In this document: positions 59,776 through 64,000 of the stretch, piece after piece
Layout of the letters: the number at the start of each line of letters is the position of its first letter
How positions within the stretch are numbered: position 1 is the first letter of the stretch
Origin: an uncultured Veillonella sp.
GTDB taxonomy: Bacteria > Bacillota > Negativicutes > Veillonellales > Veillonellaceae
Direction of reading: 5' to 3'
Assembly (NCBI RefSeq): GCF_963524655.1
Contig: NZ_CAURHA010000002.1
Span: forward strand, 19,839 to 83,838
DNA length: 64,000 nt
Translations under genes and position numbers: made by a program
The notes under the pieces: model-generated
The model's input: the letters and a program-made list of their open reading frames with translations, nothing else
Databases searched by the model: none
Told to the model about the DNA's origin: nothing

Positions 59776-60975
59776 TTAGGGGTGTTTATTTGCTACTAAC
59801 TCAACTACTTCTTTCATAATATATTGAGCTAATTCAGATTTCTTCATATTAGCCATTTCTTTAGGCTCTTTATCAGGATATAAAAAATAACCTTCGTTTG
59901 TATCTACGTTAAATCCAGCATTAGATTTGCTTACATCGTTCGCTACAAGCATATCTAAGTTTTTTCTTGCTACTTTATCTTGACCATACTTAATTACATG
60001 CTCTGTTTCTGCCGCAAAACCAACAAGGATTTGATGTTCTTTATGAGAGCCTAAACCTTGTAAGATATCTGGATTTTTTACAAGCTCCAGCATCATAGAT
60101 TCCATTTTCTTAATCTTTTGCTCCGCTTTATGAAGCACTCTAAAATCGGAAACCGCTGCCGCCATAACCACAACATCTACATTTTTATATCTAGATTCAA
60201 CAGCTTCTTGCATGGAAAGTGCGGAATCTACTGGAACAAATTCAACACCACTTGGTACTGATAAAGATGTAGGGGCACTCACTAAAATAACATTCGCACC
60301 CATTCGTACAGCTTGTTCAGCAATAGCATATCCCATTTTACCGCTTGAACGATTTCCAATATAACGAACTGGATCTATGTTCTCCTGAGTACCACCAGCA
60401 GTGACAAGCACTGTAGTACCTTCAAGTTCAGAAGTTTTACACAGATGGGCTTCAAGCCATTCTACAATAGCTACAGGCTCTGGTAAGCGACCAACACCTG
60501 TAACGCCACAAGCAAGCCAACCTTCAGCTGGTTCCATAATATGATAACCCAAGGAACGTAGACCTTCTAGGTTGCGTTGCGTAATTGGATTGTTATACAT
60601 TTCTGTATTCATAGCAGGGCAAATATATTTAGGTGCTGTAGTTGCCATAATAGTAGTAGTCAACATATCATCTGCAATACCAGCATAGATTTTACCAATT
60701 ACATTAGCCGTAGCTGGTACTACTACATACGCATCAGCCCATGTAGCCAATGCAATATGCTCCACATCCCATTGATGCACTTGTTCAAACATGTCTAATG
60801 CTACAGGGTGACCACTAATCTCACCAAAGGTCAATGGTGATGCAATATTCGTAGCATTACGAGTCATCACAACCTTGACCTCTGCCCCTTTTTTACGAAG
60901 ACGACTAACCACTTCAATTGCCTTATATGCTGCAATACCAGCAGAGACTGCGACAATGATATGTTTTCCGCGCAT
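59776..60975 (-). CDS. coaBC: Bifunctional phosphopantothenoylcysteine decarboxylase/ligase
   Basis: GIAAYK, PATAN, PAMN, LACG..G.GRL, DPVRYIGNRSSGKMG and VGFAAET motifs. Confidence 0.97.
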   Translation of the reverse strand: MRGKHIIVAVSAGIAAYKAIEVVSRLRKKGAEVKVVMTRNATNIASPLTFGEISGHPVALDMFEQVHQWDVEHIALATWADAYVVVPATANVIGKIYAGIADDMLTTTIMATTAPKYICPAMNTEMYNNPITQRNLEGLRSLGYHIMEPAEGWLACGVTGVGRLPEPVAIVEWLEAHLCKTSELEGTTVLVTAGGTQENIDPVRYIGNRSSGKMGYAIAEQAVRMGANVILVSAPTSLSVPSGVEFVPVDSALSMQEAVESRYKNVDVVVMAAAVSDFRVLHKAEQKIKKMESMMLELVKNPDILQGLGSHKEHQILVGFAAETEHVIKYGQDKVARKNLDMLVANDVSKSNAGFNVDTNEGYFLYPDKEPKEMANMKKSELAQYIMKEVVELVANKHP

Positions 60976-60989
60976 GTTCTTCTCCTTTT

Positions 60990-61021
60990 AAAAATTCCTT
61001 GTATCAAGGATACAAGGAATT
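60990..61021 (-). terminator. Terminator-like hairpin after rpoZ
   Basis: AATTCCTTGTATC-CTT-GATACAAGGAATT followed by TTT. Confidence 0.7.
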
Positions 61022-61029
61022 GATTTATC

Positions 61030-61245
61030 TTATTTAATGCCTTCTTTAGTACGTTTATACGTCACTTCACCTTCGGCAATTTCATAGAATGCCAAGGAAA
61101 CAGGCTTGTCAGTTGCATGTGTAGATTCAGCTAAGCATGGTTCACCATCTGTTAGTTCACGAGCTCGTTTAGCTGCCAATGTTACCAAAGTGTATTTGCT
61201 ATCTACTTGACTTTCCAATTTTTTCAATGGAGGTTTTACCATCAT
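61030..61245 (-). CDS. rpoZ: RNA polymerase omega subunit
   Basis: MMVKPP...VDSKYTLVTLAAKRAREL...KPVSLAFYEI; start trimmed to the ATG after the AGGAG SD. Confidence 0.95.
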   Translation of the reverse strand: MMVKPPLKKLESQVDSKYTLVTLAAKRARELTDGEPCLAESTHATDKPVSLAFYEIAEGEVTYKRTKEGIK

Positions 61246-61249
61246 ACTA

Positions 61250-61879
61250 TCACTTCTCCTTAGACTCTTTATATTGTTTATAAATAAATTGAATTTGCTC
61301 TTTATTGCGACTAATCTTACAGGATTCAGCCCGTAAAATAGATGCAACCTTCTCTGACGCATCTGCAAGATCATCATTTACAACTATATAGTCATATCGA
61401 TGAGCTAATGCCAATTCAGAACAAGCTAATGACAATCGTTTATCAATAACCTCTTTTGCATCAGTACCACGATTATGTAATCGTTCAGATAATTCAGTTA
61501 AGGATGGCGGTACAATATAAATAAATACGGCATCACTAAAGCGTTCCTTAACTTGCATAGCACCTTGAATATCAATTTCTAATAGTACACTTTTACCATC
61601 ATCTAATAAATCCATTACATGTTGTTTAGGCGTACCATAGTAATTATCATATACCCTTGCATACTCCAAGAATGCATCTTCACTGAGTAAAGTCTCAAAT
61701 TCCTCCTTGGAGCGGAAGAAATAGTTAACCCCTTCCTCTTCACCAACACGCGGTGCACGTGTGGTCATAGAAACGGAATAAACTAAATTAGGCATTTCTT
61801 TACGAATATTCGCACAAATCGTACCTTTACCTGCGCCAGATGGCCCGGATATAACGATTAATAATCCTCTGTCTGACAT
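61250..61879 (-). CDS. gmk: Guanylate kinase
   Basis: SGPSGAGKGT, SMTTRAPR.GE..GVNYFF, YYGT and EIDIQGA motifs. Confidence 0.98.
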   Translation of the reverse strand: MSDRGLLIVISGPSGAGKGTICANIRKEMPNLVYSVSMTTRAPRVGEEEGVNYFFRSKEEFETLLSEDAFLEYARVYDNYYGTPKQHVMDLLDDGKSVLLEIDIQGAMQVKERFSDAVFIYIVPPSLTELSERLHNRGTDAKEVIDKRLSLACSELALAHRYDYIVVNDDLADASEKVASILRAESCKISRNKEQIQFIYKQYKESKEK

Positions 61880-61887
61880 ATGTACTC

Positions 61888-62157
61888 CTATGATTCCACT
61901 GTATCTACATCTACATCATGTTGCACAAGTCGATGTGCTACGGTTTCTGTTTGAATTGCAGATAATACAATTTGACCACTATCCATAACTAATACAGCAC
62001 GAGTCTTACGACCATATGTAGCATCAATGAGCAGGCCCTTATCTCTAGCATCTTGAACCATTCGCTTAATCGGTGCAGATTCAGGACTAATGATAGCCAT
62101 AACACGGTTAGCAGATACCATATTACCAAAGCCTATATTCAGCAATTGAATACTCAT
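61888..62157 (-). CDS. remA: RemA/DUF370 family regulator
   Basis: [23 protein letters not shown]...[13 protein letters not shown]; yloC-remA-gmk synteny. Confidence 0.92.
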   Translation of the reverse strand: MSIQLLNIGFGNMVSANRVMAIISPESAPIKRMVQDARDKGLLIDATYGRKTRAVLVMDSGQIVLSAIQTETVAHRLVQHDVDVDTVES

Positions 62158-62171
62158 TCATGGACCTCCTA

Positions 62172-63053
62172 TTACTCTACATTCTGTACTTGTTCTCTAA
62201 TTTTCTCTAACTCACATTTAAGTTGAACCACAAACTCTGTAATACTAGAATCCATAGCCTTGGATCCAATTGTATTTACTTCACGATTCATTTCTTGCAA
62301 AATAAAATCGACCTTTCGACCGATTGGATTTTCATCTGTAAGTGTGTTTTTTAATTGTACCACATGTGAGCTGAATCGGACAATCTCTTCCGTAATATCA
62401 GTCTTATCAGCTAATATAGCAATTTCCTGCAGAAAACGCTCTTCGCTGATACTTGCTTCTAAAGAAACTAAATACTCTTGAATTTTACTTCTAATATGTT
62501 CACGATACGCTTCTACAGCACCAGATTTATTAGTATCAATATGAGAAATAATATTTTCTAGTGTGGCGATACGGCTCACTAAATCTTGTTGAATATGTTC
62601 ACCTTCCACAGTTCGCATAGCAATCAAAGCATCTAATGCAAAACCTGTAGATTCTTTCAATATATCTGAAAGTACCTCTTCTGCAATGGGAGTATCTTGT
62701 TGTTGAATCCAATCATTAGAAATTGAATTTACAGCTTGTAATGGTACCTTTTTAGGATCATCATAAAATTCTTCTTGAACTAGCAATTCTTGAATTTGTT
62801 TTCTTAATACACTATTTATAGTAAAAGTTTTAGGTCTCTCACCTGCATCTTGAATAGAAACCGATACCTCTACCTTACCGCGATTTATACAATCTTGTAC
62901 CATCCCACGAATGATACTTTCAAAAGGATTCATTTGTTTTGGACAACGTATAAATAAATCCAAGAAACGTGCATTGACGGACTTAATTTCTACCGTACAG
63001 GTAATGCCATCTTTGGTTGCTGTACCAGAACCAAAACCGGTCATACTTTTCAT
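62172..63053 (-). CDS. yloC: YicC/YloC family endoribonuclease
   Basis: MKSMTGFG, EIKSVN.RFLD, RGKVE, DITEE..R and GRK.DF..QEMNRE.NTIGSK...LEKIREQVQNVE motifs. Confidence 0.94.
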   Translation of the reverse strand: MKSMTGFGSGTATKDGITCTVEIKSVNARFLDLFIRCPKQMNPFESIIRGMVQDCINRGKVEVSVSIQDAGERPKTFTINSVLRKQIQELLVQEEFYDDPKKVPLQAVNSISNDWIQQQDTPIAEEVLSDILKESTGFALDALIAMRTVEGEHIQQDLVSRIATLENIISHIDTNKSGAVEAYREHIRSKIQEYLVSLEASISEERFLQEIAILADKTDITEEIVRFSSHVVQLKNTLTDENPIGRKVDFILQEMNREVNTIGSKAMDSSITEFVVQLKCELEKIREQVQNVE

Positions 63054-63180
63054 AAGATATCCTCCTTAGTAGTTTTTATTATTGTACCACGAATTACACA
63101 ATCCGTGTTTAAATACTAAGAATTATATTTACACTATGGTATACTAAACTATACTTCTAAATAAATTTGAAAGGAGTACT

Positions 63181-64000
63181 ATGAATTTAGACGGTCTTAC
63201 CATGTCTGTACTCGCTAAAGAGCTAAATGAGCGATTACAAACTGGCCAAATACAAAAACTATATCAAATAGATAAAACTACACTATTATTTAAAATTCGA
63301 GCCCTTAATGAAGATCAAAACTTGATCATCACCGTAGGTGCTACCCCAGCCATGTATCTTAGCAAGCCACTGCAAGATTTACCAAAAGAGCCTAGCTCAC
63401 TTTGTATGTTCTTACGTAAACATATCGAAGGTAGCCGCATTGTAAAAGTTGAGCAAATCAATGGGGACCGTATTATGTGTATCCAAACGGATAAACTAGA
63501 AATGGATGGTTCCATTACAAGTACACTTATTTATGTTGAATTAATGGGCAAATATTCTAACTGTATCTTTGTACAAGATGGAGTTATCTTAGAATCTTTA
63601 ATTCATGTTTCTCCACTGATGAACCGTGAGCGTTCTATTAGCCCTAAACTTCAATACGAGTTACCACCAAATGCTAATCGCGTTAGTCTAATGGACTTTG
63701 ATTATAATGAGATTAGAAATCTACTAGTCTCCTTTGGTAATGGCAGCGTTCAACAATCTATTCGCGCTATTTTTAACGGCTTTGGTAAACCTTTACTTGA
63801 TGAGGTTTTATATAACGCTAATTTAAATGGTGATGAAATTATAACTGATTTAGAGGCACCACAAGTCGACAAGTTAGCAAATGCTTTGTACGATTTAAAA
63901 ATGATGCTTCAAAACGGCAATGGATTACTCTCCTTAGTAAATGATAACCATAAAAAAGCATATTCTACCTTTATCTTACACAACTATAATATTGTAAAAA
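63181..64000 (+). CDS. rqcH: NFACT/FbpA family ribosome quality-control protein RqcH, N-terminal part (runs off the window edge)
   Basis: Manual translation MNLDGLTMSVLAKELNERL..GQIQKLYQ...PSSLCMFLRKHIEG.RI..VEQ..GDRI...VELMGKYSN.I; AAGGAG SD; open to the window end. Confidence 0.9.
   Translation, partial: MNLDGLTMSVLAKELNERLQTGQIQKLYQIDKTTLLFKIRALNEDQNLIITVGATPAMYLSKPLQDLPKEPSSLCMFLRKHIEGSRIVKVEQINGDRIMCIQTDKLEMDGSITSTLIYVELMGKYSNCIFVQDGVILESLIHVSPLMNRERSISPKLQYELPPNANRVSLMDFDYNEIRNLLVSFGNGSVQQSIRAIFNGFGKPLLDEVLYNANLNGDEIITDLEAPQVDKLANALYDLKMMLQNGNGLLSLVNDNHKKAYSTFILHNYNIVK

Noticed and set aside
61246..61377. N-terminal extension of rpoZ in the ORF track
   Set aside because: Overlaps gmk in another frame; the omega homology and the SD begin at 61245
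63315..63515. 66-aa minus-strand ORF
   Set aside because: Antisense shadow of rqcH, which is open on the + strand from 63181
1..64000. CRISPR arrays, IS elements, prophage, defence systems, rRNA/tRNA genes, T-box before proS
   Set aside because: No repeat-spacer arrays, transposase, integrase or phage ORFs were seen; intergenic gaps are short and explained; proS overlaps ispG, leaving no room for a T-box leader

Overview
A low-GC (roughly 36-38% by eye) stretch of core chromosome from an anaerobic Firmicute. Gene order and protein sequences point to the Negativicutes, most likely Veillonella; this is an inference, not a database result. About 50 housekeeping genes are present, nearly all on the minus strand. 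In window order they are: hom (partial), thrR-like ACT gene, flippase-like gene, ChbG/HpnK deacetylase, TrmH methylase, a heterodimeric ABC exporter, tpx, psiE, a long glnA, yqeY-rpsU, the hrcA-grpE-dnaK-dnaJ-prmA-rsmE-mtaB-hit heat-shock cluster with a perfect CIRCE box, mnmA-lepA-hemW, miaB-mutS-mutL-miaA, rpsB-tsf-pyrH-frr-uppS-cdsA-dxr-rseP-ispG-proS, priA-def-fmt-rsmB-rlmN-stp-pknB-rsgA-rpe, a SAM-I riboswitch with metK, a SulP transporter, yloC-remA-gmk-rpoZ-coaBC, and a partial rqcH. I found no mobile element, prophage, CRISPR array, rRNA or tRNA gene. The most interesting signals are in the non-coding RNA layer. (1) The mnmA 5' leader contains tandem hairpins resembling the anticodon stem-loops of MnmA's own substrates, tRNA-Glu and tRNA-Lys, suggesting autoregulation by tRNA mimicry. 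(2) The glnA leader has an ANTAR-type hairpin overlapping a terminator. (3) A leader of about 35 nt with mutually exclusive terminator and antiterminator hairpins precedes the chbG...thrR-hom operon. (4) The lepA ribosome-binding site appears to need a hairpin to bring a distant Shine-Dalgarno close to the start codon. All four are structural inferences from the sequence and need testing.
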